A DNA stretch of 64,000 bases. It comes from Candidatus Peribacteria bacterium. Its GTDB lineage: Bacteria; Patescibacteriota; Gracilibacteria; Peribacterales; Peribacteraceae. The stretch is taken from positions 108 through 64,107 of the forward strand of contig SICN01000003.1 of assembly GCA_009691405.1 (NCBI GenBank), given 5' to 3'. Made by a program: the position numbers and the translations under genes. The notes beneath the pieces were generated by a model. The model was not told where the DNA came from and made no database searches. It saw only the letters and a program-made list of their open reading frames with translations. Every line of letters begins with the position of its first letter. The first letter of the stretch is position 1. This document shows positions 1-9,556 of the stretch, in pieces.

Positions 1-473
1 ACATTTTCTCGTACGAACCCGATCCTGTGACCGAAGAGTACCTTCGAAAAAACATCGAACAGAATCATCTTGGGCATCGCATCAAGAGCAGTCTTGCGGC
101 TGTTGGAGGAACAGAAGGAACAGCAACACTGCATGTTCTCCCGAATCGCAGCGAAGCGAACTCGATGTACCGAACACTGGAAGGAAGTCATGAAATTCCC
201 GTACGAGTGACCACATTGCAGAAAATTTTCGATACGGAGAACATCCAGCAATGCGATCTCCTCAAAATGAATGCAGAGGGTGTAGAGTATGAAATTTTCT
301 ACGGACTGCCTCCTGAGTACCTGAAGAGGATCCGCGTGATCGTTATGAACTACCATGTATTCGTGAAAAAGCCCCGATGCACCCAGGGAGAACTGCGAGC
401 GTATCTCGAATCGAACGGATTTTTCGTCACCGAGCAGGGCAAGAGAATTTTCGTCGCTGTTCGTCGCTCATAA
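1..473 (+). CDS. FkbM-family SAM-dependent methyltransferase (5' partial, runs off window start)
   Basis: The frame is open from base 3 with no upstream stop. The translation (EPDP..YL..NIEQN, GTATLHV, MNAEGVEYEI) resembles the FkbM methyltransferase domain. Confidence 0.7.
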   Translation, partial: IFSYEPDPVTEEYLRKNIEQNHLGHRIKSSLAAVGGTEGTATLHVLPNRSEANSMYRTLEGSHEIPVRVTTLQKIFDTENIQQCDLLKMNAEGVEYEIFYGLPPEYLKRIRVIVMNYHVFVKKPRCTQGELRAYLESNGFFVTEQGKRIFVAVRRS

Positions 474-1727
474 GGGCACGTCGGCGTTCTTCACGATCTT
501 CGGTAGAGGAAGCGGGATGATGAAATCTCCCTTGTAACCGCGCTTCTTAAGGTTCGTCATGAGCTCTGAAGCAATGTGCCAAGAGAGAAGCAACGCATAC
601 GGGGGCTGATCAGCGTAGAGCTTCGATTCTTCGAGCACCGGAATATTGCGACCGGGCATGTACTTTCCGATTTTCTTCGATCCTTTGATCTCCATGACGC
701 ACGGAAGGAGTCCGTCATCGAGCCCGACATAGTTCACGAGCGTACTTGCCCTCGACGGTGCACTGATGCCGTAGACCGTTTGCTTCTTCGCATGAATGTC
801 CTTGAGAAGCCCATACAACTCTAGCTTGGAGCGGATGATTCCTTCTCGAAACTCTTTGGTCCACGATGTTCCCTCAAGTCCTGCTTTCTTCTCTTCTGCA
901 AGAAGCGCTTCGACAGAACCGTCGGAAGCAAATTCCTTCTTCCTCGATGCGTACACGCGTATTCCACCACCGTGTGTCGGGAGACGCTGCACTTTAAAGA
1001 CGGTAAATCCATGCTTCTCGAGGAGGAACTTGATACTTTGAAGCGAGTAATAGCGAAGATGCTCGTGGTAGATCGTGTCGTACTGAAGAGTTTGGATGAG
1101 GTCGAGTAGATAGTGAGACTCCGAGATGAAGATGCCATCGTCACTGAGGAGCCGCACAATGTTTTCGACAACGGAATTCGGCTCGAGGATGTGCGCAAAG
1201 ACGTTCGCTGCCGTAATGACATCTGCTTTGCCATGCGTTCTCAGCACCGTGTCGGTTGCCTCTGTCCCGAAGAATTGCATAAGCGTGTCGACGCCGGCCG
1301 CCTCAGCGAGCTTTGCAGTGAGCGACGGCTCGATACCGAGTACTTTGTGTCCTCCCTCTTTGAAATTTTTGAGTAGCGTCCCGTCATTGGAACCGATATC
1401 GACGATGAAATGCTTCGGCTGAAGATCGAGGAGTGCTTTGACGTTTCGATACAGATCGGCAAAATTCTCTCGAAGAATTCTGGTCGTCCCGCTCGTGTAA
1501 GGATACTCAGGCGGGAAGATCATGGCGGGATCGGCAACGAATCCGAGCTGCACGAGCGTGCACTTCGGACAGCGCAGCATCTCTGCCGGAAACCACTGTT
1601 CCTGAGCTTTCGGAGTTCCAATATCACTCATGACATTCACGGACGGCAGAAACGCGAGAAAGATCACAGATTCAAGATCGCTGCATCCGCACGTTTGGCA
1701 CGAGGTGACCGGACCGTACTTATTCAT
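468..1727 (-). CDS. NDP-hexose C-methyltransferase-like class I SAM methyltransferase
   Basis: N-terminal Cys pairs (CQTCGC...CPKC) form a zinc-binding module. A VDIGSNDG SAM-binding motif and a C-terminal C-methyltransferase-like region (HEHLRYYS) follow. I chose the ATG at 1727 (MNKYGPV), which makes an ATGA overlap with the upstream gene's stop. Confidence 0.75.
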   Translation of the reverse strand: MNKYGPVTSCQTCGCSDLESVIFLAFLPSVNVMSDIGTPKAQEQWFPAEMLRCPKCTLVQLGFVADPAMIFPPEYPYTSGTTRILRENFADLYRNVKALLDLQPKHFIVDIGSNDGTLLKNFKEGGHKVLGIEPSLTAKLAEAAGVDTLMQFFGTEATDTVLRTHGKADVITAANVFAHILEPNSVVENIVRLLSDDGIFISESHYLLDLIQTLQYDTIYHEHLRYYSLQSIKFLLEKHGFTVFKVQRLPTHGGGIRVYASRKKEFASDGSVEALLAEEKKAGLEGTSWTKEFREGIIRSKLELYGLLKDIHAKKQTVYGISAPSRASTLVNYVGLDDGLLPCVMEIKGSKKIGKYMPGRNIPVLEESKLYADQPPYALLLSWHIASELMTNLKKRGYKGDFIIPLPLPKIVKNADVPL

Positions 1728-2743
1728 GAGAGTGAGGAGAGAAAAAAGAGAGGAGGTTCCGAAATTTTTTGTTTTGGACCGATCGCTTGAGCGGCGTACC
1801 ACTCGATCGTGGGGAGAAGACCTTCTGAAAGCGTGAATTTCGGTTTGAAACCGAGTGCCAAAAGTGTAGTGATATCGGGGCAACGTCGCAACGTACCGCC
1901 AACGAGCTCGGGGCCTTCCTGCACGGTGATCGAAAGGTTCATGTTCTTTGCAATGAGCATCGCAAGCGACTTGATACTGACCTCCTCGAGCGTGCCGATA
2001 TGATAGATGCCAAGGTGTTCGCCTTTGTCGATCGCAAGCAAAAGTCCGTCGGTGAAATCATCGATATAGATGAAGGAACGCGTCTGCATTCCCGATCCCT
2101 GAATCGGAAACGAGAACGAGGCTCCCGGGGACTTTTTTGAAAGTTCTTGCAGTCGTCCCACAAACTGAGGAATGACATGCTCGAAACCCATCGCGGGGCC
2201 ATACACATTATGCGGACGGAAGACGATCACTCGATCGAAGTACGCTCGTCCGTAATTGAGTGCCATGAGCTCACTGATGATCTTGCCTCCTCCGTAGGAG
2301 TATCGAGGATTTTTCGGATCAGGCACCGACAATGGAACCGTTTCGGGTGTCGGCACCATCGGCGGAGTTTGATACACCTCGGAACTGGAAGCGAGCACGA
2401 GTTCTTTCACGCCTTCCTGGATACAACTGTCGAGCACGTTCACCATCCCCTTCACGCCGACATCCAGAACGAATGCTGGATACTTGTAGAAATACTCGGT
2501 GCCATTCACGAACGCGAGATGCATGACGGAATCCATACCCTTCACGGCGCTTCGCACAAGAGCAGGATCGCGGATGTCTCCTTCGATGATTTCGGTGTCA
2601 TCTGCGACAGAACCCAATTTTTCCTTCGATCCGCGGGAAGAATTATCGAGCACTCGTACCGTCTCGCCGCGAGCGACGAGCGCCTTCACGAGCGCCGCGC
2701 CGATGAACCCGAGACCTCCGGTGACCAATATTTTCTTCTTCAT
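1724..2743 (-). CDS. NAD-dependent epimerase/dehydratase (extended SDR, nucleotide-sugar modifying)
   Basis: An N-terminal Rossmann motif VTGGLGFIGAAL and a YSYGGGK catalytic YxxxK region are present. The length of 339 aa fits the family. Confidence 0.85.
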   Translation of the reverse strand: MKKKILVTGGLGFIGAALVKALVARGETVRVLDNSSRGSKEKLGSVADDTEIIEGDIRDPALVRSAVKGMDSVMHLAFVNGTEYFYKYPAFVLDVGVKGMVNVLDSCIQEGVKELVLASSSEVYQTPPMVPTPETVPLSVPDPKNPRYSYGGGKIISELMALNYGRAYFDRVIVFRPHNVYGPAMGFEHVIPQFVGRLQELSKKSPGASFSFPIQGSGMQTRSFIYIDDFTDGLLLAIDKGEHLGIYHIGTLEEVSIKSLAMLIAKNMNLSITVQEGPELVGGTLRRCPDITTLLALGFKPKFTLSEGLLPTIEWYAAQAIGPKQKISEPPLFFLSSLS

Positions 2744-2779
2744 GAACCAAGTCTAACCGAAAATGGTACACTGCACATC

Positions 2780-3505
2780 GTGAATCCCACTCCCCTGCTC
2801 TCCATCGTCATTCCGGTCTACAACGAAGCCGAGAATGCACCTCCGCTCCTGAGAGATTTGGAGGCATTCGTCCGTGAACCGTACGAAGCACTGATCGTCT
2901 ATGACTTCGACGAAGACAATACGCTGCCGGCTGTTGCCTCCATGCAGCCGCCTCCAGCCAGCGTTCGCCTTGTCCGAAATTCCATCGGCAAAGGAGTGCT
3001 CAATGCCTACAAAGCGGGATTCGCCGCAAGCAGAGGAGACGTCATCATCCTCGTTGCAGGTGACCGTGCCGATGATCCAAAAGATATCACAGTGCTTGCG
3101 AAACTCGTTCGTGAAGGTGCGGACGTCGCGGCGGGATCTCGCTACATGAAGGGGGGAGCGCAAGTGGGCGGACCTGTGTTCAAACAATTCCTCAGCAGAC
3201 TCGCAGGGCTTTCGCTCCACTACCTCGTGGGTCTTCCCACCCACGACGCGACCAATAACTTCCGTGCCTACAGCAGACGAGTGATCGACCTGCCGATCGA
3301 AACCACCGTCAGTTTCGCTCTCGGCATCGAACTGGTGCTGAAAACATTCTGGAAAGGATGGGGCATTCGGGAGATTCCGACTGTGTGGCACGATCGACGC
3401 GAAGGTGTCTCTCGTTTCCGACTCTGGGCTTGGCTACCCGAATATCTGCATTGGTATCTGCTCGCGTTCTGGAAAGCACTCACCGGTAGCAGAAAACACA
3501 ATTGA
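2780..3505 (+). CDS. Family 2 glycosyltransferase, polyprenol-phosphate sugar synthase (DPM1/Ppm1/ArnC-like)
   Basis: The protein opens with LSIVIPVYNEAEN, and IVYDFDEDNT, an AGDRADD (DxD-like) motif and GSRY are also present. I chose the in-frame GTG at 2780, because the long ORF from 2147 only shadows the opposite-strand epimerase. Confidence 0.75.
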   Translation: MNPTPLLSIVIPVYNEAENAPPLLRDLEAFVREPYEALIVYDFDEDNTLPAVASMQPPPASVRLVRNSIGKGVLNAYKAGFAASRGDVIILVAGDRADDPKDITVLAKLVREGADVAAGSRYMKGGAQVGGPVFKQFLSRLAGLSLHYLVGLPTHDATNNFRAYSRRVIDLPIETTVSFALGIELVLKTFWKGWGIREIPTVWHDRREGVSRFRLWAWLPEYLHWYLLAFWKALTGSRKHN

Positions 3506-4740
3506 CTATCATCGGCTTGAACGTGAGAATGAAGCCGATGGAGGAAACCGCAAAGCAAAACGGCAAAACACTAGCGATCATCGGTGGCTGCGGTCACGTC
3601 GGTCTGCCTCTTGGGATGGCATTTGCCGAGAAAGGCTACAAGGTGCACCTCATCGACATCAGCGAGAAAGCCGTAAACATGGTGAATGCCGGAACAATGC
3701 CGTTTGTGGAAGAAGAAGCAGATGTACTGCTGCCAAAAGTGCTCTCCAGCGGTCTCCTTCACGCAACGACGGATTTTGGAGTCCTCAAGGAGACGGAGAT
3801 CGTGATCGTCACGATCGGCACTCCCGTCGACGAATACCTAGATCCATCCGTTCACAATTTCGACGAGTCACTCCATCGCCTGATGAAAGAGATGCACGCG
3901 GGACAGCTCTTGGTGCTTCGGAGCACGGTCTTTCCGGGTGTCACAGACAGGCTCGGCAGACAACTTTCGTCAATGGGGCATGCCGATATCGATCTTGCGT
4001 ACTGTCCCGAGAGAATCGTACAGGGTCAGTCCTTGCAGGAACTCAAAGAACTTCCACAACTGATCGGCGGTTACACAGAACCCGCCGCAAAACGAGCAGC
4101 CGAACTGTTTTCGTGCCTCTCCCCGACATCGATTTTCTTGAGACCCGTCGAAGCCGAGCTCGCAAAACTCTATGCCAACGCATGGCGCTACATCAATTTC
4201 GCCATTTCGAATCAATTCTGGGTCACCTCCCAAGATTTCGGCGCCGACTTCGACAAGATCCACGCAGCACTAAAGCAGGACTACCCTCGTATGAAGTCAT
4301 TCGCCAGAGCGGGCTTTGCGGCAGGACCATGCCTCCTCAAGGACACGATGCAGCTCGGAGCATTCAACCATGGTTCCTTCGTTCTTGGACAAGCGGCGAT
4401 GATGATCAACGAAGGTCTCCCGTACATTCTCGTTCAGAAGATCAAAAAAACACATGACCTTCGAACAATGAAAGTCGGCATCCTGGGCATGGCATTCAAG
4501 CCCAATAACGACGACATCCGAAGCTCTCTGTCCTACAAGCTCCGGAAAGTTCTTCTCCTCGAAGCGAAGGAAGTGCTCTGCGCCGATCCGTACGTCCGTG
4601 ATCCGGAACTAAGCTCTCAGGAGAAAGTCCTTAAAGAAGCCGACCTCATCGTCATCGGTACGCCACACGACTGCTACAAGACACTGGCGTTCCGTCAACC
4701 GGTCGTCGATATCACGAAGACCATCTCGTCTACCAAATAA
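3502..4740 (+). CDS. UDP-glucose/GDP-mannose dehydrogenase family nucleotide-sugar dehydrogenase
   Basis: The N-terminal NAD-binding fold is IIGGCGHVGLPLG, and the family-typical YCPERIVQG and GFAAGPCLLKD (catalytic Cys) are present. The start is ambiguous among TTG 3502, GTG 3523 and ATG 3529. Confidence 0.8.
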   Translation: MTIIGLNVRMKPMEETAKQNGKTLAIIGGCGHVGLPLGMAFAEKGYKVHLIDISEKAVNMVNAGTMPFVEEEADVLLPKVLSSGLLHATTDFGVLKETEIVIVTIGTPVDEYLDPSVHNFDESLHRLMKEMHAGQLLVLRSTVFPGVTDRLGRQLSSMGHADIDLAYCPERIVQGQSLQELKELPQLIGGYTEPAAKRAAELFSCLSPTSIFLRPVEAELAKLYANAWRYINFAISNQFWVTSQDFGADFDKIHAALKQDYPRMKSFARAGFAAGPCLLKDTMQLGAFNHGSFVLGQAAMMINEGLPYILVQKIKKTHDLRTMKVGILGMAFKPNNDDIRSSLSYKLRKVLLLEAKEVLCADPYVRDPELSSQEKVLKEADLIVIGTPHDCYKTLAFRQPVVDITKTISSTK

Positions 4741-6328
4741 TCTTATACAAGTACTGCGTCGGTGACTTCGGCGCTTCTTTCACGAGTTCCAACCTCAGCT
4801 TGCTGTGGAGGTACTGGTACAGTTTGTCTTGCCTCAATTCCAAACTTGGAATCAGCAAATACTCGACACTCCGCGATCGAAGGTACTCGTTCAGCGTACC
4901 GTCATTCAACGTGCGCGCAGCCTCCGGATCGATATTCCCCGCAAGATCTTGCACTCGTACATCGGTGAACAGAGACGCTCTGCCATAATCGCGTACACCG
5001 ACGATCGTGCCTGCCGGAAGATTGTCCTGCATCCAATCGATGGTGCCCCAGAAGATGGCACTCTTCTCCGGATCGGGACGACTGATGTAGCTCATGTACG
5101 GAGCCCAGGGAAATCGAGTGGTCATCTGATAGTGCTTGTATCCCGAGAGCACGATGATCGAAGCCGTGAGAACCGCGACGGCAGTCCTCTTGAAACGTTC
5201 TGTCGGCAACTGCCACAGCAGGAACGCAATAAAGATGAAGAGAATATGAACGGCGGGATTCAAATACCTGAGACCGTGCAGATTGGCGAAGTACCACTGA
5301 TAACCGACAAGGAGCGAGAAGAAAATTCCAAGGTAGAGAACGGTAAAGATCCCGAGCATCCTCAGACGCTGATGCAAAAGCCCGGTCACAAGCCCAGCAA
5401 GTGCCAGGAGAGAACCTCCGAGTGCGATCATCAAGAGGTCCTCGAGTTGGAAAATATTCCATACGACTATTTTCAGATACTTCGGAAGAGAGAAAGCATC
5501 GAAGGAAAATCCATGAAAAGCAAGGGCGAGCTCTCGCCTTCCTACCTGATTTCCGGGAAACGGCGACCCTGTCTGCAGAAGCTGCCAACTCATGAAGAGA
5601 GCGAAGCAAATCCCGGATACTAGCACGATCCCCCAGAGTGACCGCATGTGCTCTCGCCTTTCAGAAGCAGAAGCGACCCACCAATCGTAGAACTTCACAC
5701 AGAGAAGAGCAAAAATGACGAAGATCCCATCCCCTCGCGTCAGAACCGTGAGCCCGAGCACGAGCCCGATAACACATCCCCATGCAAATGAAGACCACTT
5801 CACAGGCTTGCCGATACCAAAGTATGTGCTGATACTCAGAAGAACCAAAAGCGTAAAAAGCACCGTATCCATGCCATTCATGCCATTGAAGAATGCGTTT
5901 GCGGTGAAGGTCGACAGCAGAAACGCCGTCCATGCGACCCTCCTGTCCTTCGTCAACTTGAGTGCGATTGCAAAAACGACCACCGTTGCCAGAGCTCCGA
6001 GAAGCGATGTCTCAATCAATGTCGCGCGAATGGCTGCGTCCTTCCCGAAGACCATATGATTCAGTGACGTCAGGTAAATCCACAGAAACGGTGCACCCGT
6101 CGTTGCATGCAGACCGTCCAAGGAAAACCCGAACCCGAGCCCCAGATTTCTCGCAACCTTCATTTCAATCAAGCTGTCATCGATGAGCCATGCGGTGCTC
6201 GCAAGCCCCCGGATGGACGTGAGAAGGATGAAGAGAGATTTCAGAAAAAACACGACCCCCGCCGTCAGCCAAACGTACAGAGAAGACGATGAAGGTTCTT
6301 TTTTCTGAAACCACATAACGCAGACCAC
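4730..6328 (-). CDS. GT-C fold membrane glycosyltransferase (ArnT/PMT-like)
   Basis: The 532-aa protein is polytopic and hydrophobic. Its first extracytoplasmic loop carries the acidic motif LIDDSLIEMKVARNL, which resembles the ArnT DExxxxExxxRxM loop. Confidence 0.6.
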   Translation of the reverse strand: MVCVMWFQKKEPSSSSLYVWLTAGVVFFLKSLFILLTSIRGLASTAWLIDDSLIEMKVARNLGLGFGFSLDGLHATTGAPFLWIYLTSLNHMVFGKDAAIRATLIETSLLGALATVVVFAIALKLTKDRRVAWTAFLLSTFTANAFFNGMNGMDTVLFTLLVLLSISTYFGIGKPVKWSSFAWGCVIGLVLGLTVLTRGDGIFVIFALLCVKFYDWWVASASERREHMRSLWGIVLVSGICFALFMSWQLLQTGSPFPGNQVGRRELALAFHGFSFDAFSLPKYLKIVVWNIFQLEDLLMIALGGSLLALAGLVTGLLHQRLRMLGIFTVLYLGIFFSLLVGYQWYFANLHGLRYLNPAVHILFIFIAFLLWQLPTERFKRTAVAVLTASIIVLSGYKHYQMTTRFPWAPYMSYISRPDPEKSAIFWGTIDWMQDNLPAGTIVGVRDYGRASLFTDVRVQDLAGNIDPEAARTLNDGTLNEYLRSRSVEYLLIPSLELRQDKLYQYLHSKLRLELVKEAPKSPTQYLYKIIW

Positions 6329-6338
6329 TATACGATCG

Positions 6339-7883
6339 TCACTGCACCTTGTAAATCTTCAGAAGTTCCGACTGCATCCGCTCGACCGTGAGCAAAGGTT
6401 GCATCGGGAGCAAAGCATACTGCCCGGCTTCGGAATAACGAGTGAAGAACATGACGTAGGTCGATCGTGCCGAACACTCGAAACTGAAATCTTCGCGCCA
6501 TGGATACCAAGTGACGAGAATACCGGCTGTTGGAACGCAAATAACAGGGTTCGGTTCTGCATTCTCCGTGAGGAAGTCCATCCCCTGTTGATACGACGAA
6601 CCCCAGTACTCGATTTGAAAGACATGATCCATGGCAGACGGTACAGCAAGACGAACCAGCTCATTTCGATACGAGCCCTCAAAGGGATGGAGGATGACTG
6701 TCTCGTGCAGGAGCGAAAGAAAAAGGAGAACAAGACAAACAATAACGTATTTTTTTTGATGAACGCTATGTCGCTCGATGCGGACGAGAAGTGCATCGAA
6801 TCCGAATGCAGCGAACAGTGCAATCGCAGGAAGACAAAAGAAAAACTGACGCATGCTGTCGTACCGGACGAGACCAGGCTTCATGCTGAAGAGAAGCGGA
6901 AAGAAAATCCAGAGGACAAGAAAGATAGAAGGTATGGGAACCGATTGCCGTCGAAGCAAACGAAGAAAGGCGGCAAGACCTGTGAAAAAAGACAGCATCA
7001 TGAGAACCGGCATCGAGGTCGCATATTCGAAGGGTATGTAGTACCACGGGAGCAGAGCTCCGCTGTACTCCTGACCGAAAAATAGAACCTTCCCTGGCCA
7101 AAAATCGTGCGTGAAAAAGAGGACCGATCGCGGAATCAGCAAAAGATCTCCCCATGCGGAAGGCCAAGCGAGGATGGTTCCTGCAAGAACAGCCAAAAAC
7201 CCGAAAATCACCGTGACGAATTCACGCCGGAGATTGAGCTTCGCCCTTTGAGGATACAACCAAAGAAAGTACGTGCAGGCAAATGCAGGAAACATCAGAA
7301 GTGCACTCACTTTCAATGCAATGCTGCACCCGAAGAGGAAACCTGCCACGTAAAGAGAATATCGACTCGATGTTTTGAGTGCATGGATGAACGCAAAAGA
7401 AGTGATCAGAAGCGCCGTCATCAGCGGAATGTCTTTGGGATTGTAGTGCGCATGAGCGATGAAAGGCGGGAAGAAAACGAAAAACAGCACGGAGAGAAAT
7501 GCAATCCTCTTCGTCCCAACAGCACGAGCAAGAGCGTATACAAAACCGACCGCAATACTTGCAGTCAGAATATTCAGGAGATGATTCGCGGCAACGAAGG
7601 AGAGCATCTGCATCGAAACAAGCTTCTCGGACAGCAGGTAGTTCACAAAATAGTACACCGGACCGTAATGAATGCCATGACCGGGCATGAGCTCCAGAAA
7701 GTGCCGATCCCCCGTACGACGAAAAAGATAGAAGATTTTCCCCCAGTTCCGATGCAAAGGCTCATCCCACGAAACACCGTACTCATTGATGAAAAAAAGC
7801 TGCACGGCAAAGAAAAGCGCACCGAATAGAGTGGCGGTGACAATCATGGAGTGCCGTTTCAGAAAATCGGTGCATGGGCGCAT
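6339..7883 (-). CDS. GT-C fold membrane glycosyltransferase (PMT_2 / dolichyl-phosphate-mannose protein mannosyltransferase-like)
   Basis: The 514-aa protein is polytopic, with a DE motif (YGVSWDEPLH) directly after TM1 as in GT39/GT83 enzymes. It lies 10 nt upstream of the other GT-C gene. Confidence 0.65.
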   Translation of the reverse strand: MRPCTDFLKRHSMIVTATLFGALFFAVQLFFINEYGVSWDEPLHRNWGKIFYLFRRTGDRHFLELMPGHGIHYGPVYYFVNYLLSEKLVSMQMLSFVAANHLLNILTASIAVGFVYALARAVGTKRIAFLSVLFFVFFPPFIAHAHYNPKDIPLMTALLITSFAFIHALKTSSRYSLYVAGFLFGCSIALKVSALLMFPAFACTYFLWLYPQRAKLNLRREFVTVIFGFLAVLAGTILAWPSAWGDLLLIPRSVLFFTHDFWPGKVLFFGQEYSGALLPWYYIPFEYATSMPVLMMLSFFTGLAAFLRLLRRQSVPIPSIFLVLWIFFPLLFSMKPGLVRYDSMRQFFFCLPAIALFAAFGFDALLVRIERHSVHQKKYVIVCLVLLFLSLLHETVILHPFEGSYRNELVRLAVPSAMDHVFQIEYWGSSYQQGMDFLTENAEPNPVICVPTAGILVTWYPWREDFSFECSARSTYVMFFTRYSEAGQYALLPMQPLLTVERMQSELLKIYKVQ

Positions 7884-7906
7884 CGACGCTCATCGTACCA
7901 TGCACT

Positions 7907-8386
7907 CTACTGATTTGGATTCCGAAGCCCTTGCTGGGTCTCGACGGGAGGCAAGTCATGAAGCATCTTCTCGCAGAGAGTACGGTAGCTCGGCTCGGCA
8001 TCACGCGGACACGAATGCTTCCTCAGTTGCATCTGCAGCGCCTCGCGCTCGGTAGATGAGAGATCTTCATAATGCAGAGAAACAGGCTTGGAAGGAGCGG
8101 ATGAACGAAGAGACGGATCACAAGGATCGACGGAAGAAACAGATGAACTTGTTGCACTCTCGGAAGAAACAGAGGCTTCTGCGGATCCGGAGTGCCTGAG
8201 TCTCCGATCCAAGCGGAATTGCTCTATATTGAAGAGCGACGTATCGAAGATCGTCTGAGCCTGATCGATGCCTTCGGCGAAGATGGGTGCGACTTTCGCA
8301 GCAATCACGGGCGTGAGCACCGCAATCGATGCAAGAACCAAGGAAAGCCACTGCTTCGAGCTCTTCTTCGTCAGCTTCTTTGACAT
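7907..8386 (-). CDS. Hypothetical membrane-anchored protein with a Ser-rich region
   Basis: It has an N-terminal Lys-rich segment and one TM helix (WLSLVLASIAVLTPVIAA). It is co-directional with the GT-C genes and 23 nt upstream of them. I recognised no family. Confidence 0.45.
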   Translation of the reverse strand: MSKKLTKKSSKQWLSLVLASIAVLTPVIAAKVAPIFAEGIDQAQTIFDTSLFNIEQFRLDRRLRHSGSAEASVSSESATSSSVSSVDPCDPSLRSSAPSKPVSLHYEDLSSTEREALQMQLRKHSCPRDAEPSYRTLCEKMLHDLPPVETQQGLRNPNQ

Positions 8387-8456
8387 GGATATGTGTGTGA
8401 AATAACAAGAATAGTATACATCAAAGAGCGAAAAAAAACAACACCTACGTGATAAT

Positions 8457-9422
8457 TTACATCAGCCCGACCGCCTTTCTCACCTTCTGCATCGTCGCAC
8501 TCGCCACCCTCGACGCCTTCTCTGCGCCCTTCCTAATAACCTCTCGGACTTCATCTTGCTTCTTCTCGAGTACCGTACGCTTCGTGCGCATTGCACCAAA
8601 ATAGTCCATATACACCTCGAAGAGCATCTTCTTCGCATCGCCGTACCCGAGTCCCCCTGCCCTATACTTGTCTGCAAGTGCCTTCGCTTCAGTGGCACTC
8701 AAAAACAATTTGTGAATGTTGTAGACCGTGCATGTATCCGGATCTTTCGGCTCCTCCACTCCTTTACTATCCGTCACGATCCCTAAGATCGCCTTCTTGA
8801 TCATTTTCTCATCACCGAACAGCGGAATCGTATTTCCGTAACTCTTGCTCATCTTCTGCCCATCGGTACCGGGAACAACGGCAACTTCATCGCGAATGAG
8901 CGGCTCGGGCACAACCAGCGTTTCTCCGTAATGATGATTGAATTTCAACGCGAGATCACGTGCAATTTCAACGTGCTGCTTCTGATCCCTTCCCACCGGC
9001 ACAGTGGTCGCATCGTACAGAAGGATGTCCGCCGCCATCAGAACCGGATAGGTGAAGAGGCCGACCGAAGCGGTGATGCCTTTCTGAACTTTGTCCTTAT
9101 AGCTCACCGCACGCTCGAGAAGCCCCATCGGACAGACGGTCGAGAGGATCCACAGAAGCTCGGTGTGTTCTGGAACATGCGATTGGTAGTACATCACCGA
9201 TTTCTCAGGATCGAAGCCGCATGCGAGGTAATCCAGAATGATATCGGAGCGCGCCTCCCGCAAACTCGCAGGATCATTGACCGTCGTCAGTGCATGAAGA
9301 TCGGCGATGAAGAAAAAACTCTGCTCTGCTTTCATAGAGAGTTCAAAGTTCGGCAGAATCGATCCGAAGTAATTTCCAAGATGCAATTTTCCGGACGGCT
9401 GAATTCCTGAAAGCGTGCGCAT
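8457..9422 (-). CDS. trpS: Tryptophan--tRNA ligase
   Basis: The class I HIGH-type motif is GKLHLGNY and the KMSKS motif is literally KMSKS. The overall TrpRS layout is present. I chose the start at MRTLSGIQPSG (ATG 9422). Confidence 0.9.
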   Translation of the reverse strand: MRTLSGIQPSGKLHLGNYFGSILPNFELSMKAEQSFFFIADLHALTTVNDPASLREARSDIILDYLACGFDPEKSVMYYQSHVPEHTELLWILSTVCPMGLLERAVSYKDKVQKGITASVGLFTYPVLMAADILLYDATTVPVGRDQKQHVEIARDLALKFNHHYGETLVVPEPLIRDEVAVVPGTDGQKMSKSYGNTIPLFGDEKMIKKAILGIVTDSKGVEEPKDPDTCTVYNIHKLFLSATEAKALADKYRAGGLGYGDAKKMLFEVYMDYFGAMRTKRTVLEKKQDEVREVIRKGAEKASRVASATMQKVRKAVGLM

Positions 9423-9556
9423 GACAGAAGCATAGCATGCTCTGACGCAATGAAACCATGCACCGAAGGGCAGGAAAGCGGCCACAGGTGGGGGTCTGCT
9501 GGCGGGCATTGGCCGCGAGACGTTTTTGGTTCTTTTGTCGCCGCACAAAAGAACAA

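Noticed and set aside
2147-2779. A 210-codon N-terminal extension of the GT2 ORF (track ORF 2147..3505).
   Set aside because: The extension is antisense to the epimerase gene and has nonsense-like composition. The conserved GT2 sequence begins at the in-frame GTG at 2780, just after the epimerase start.
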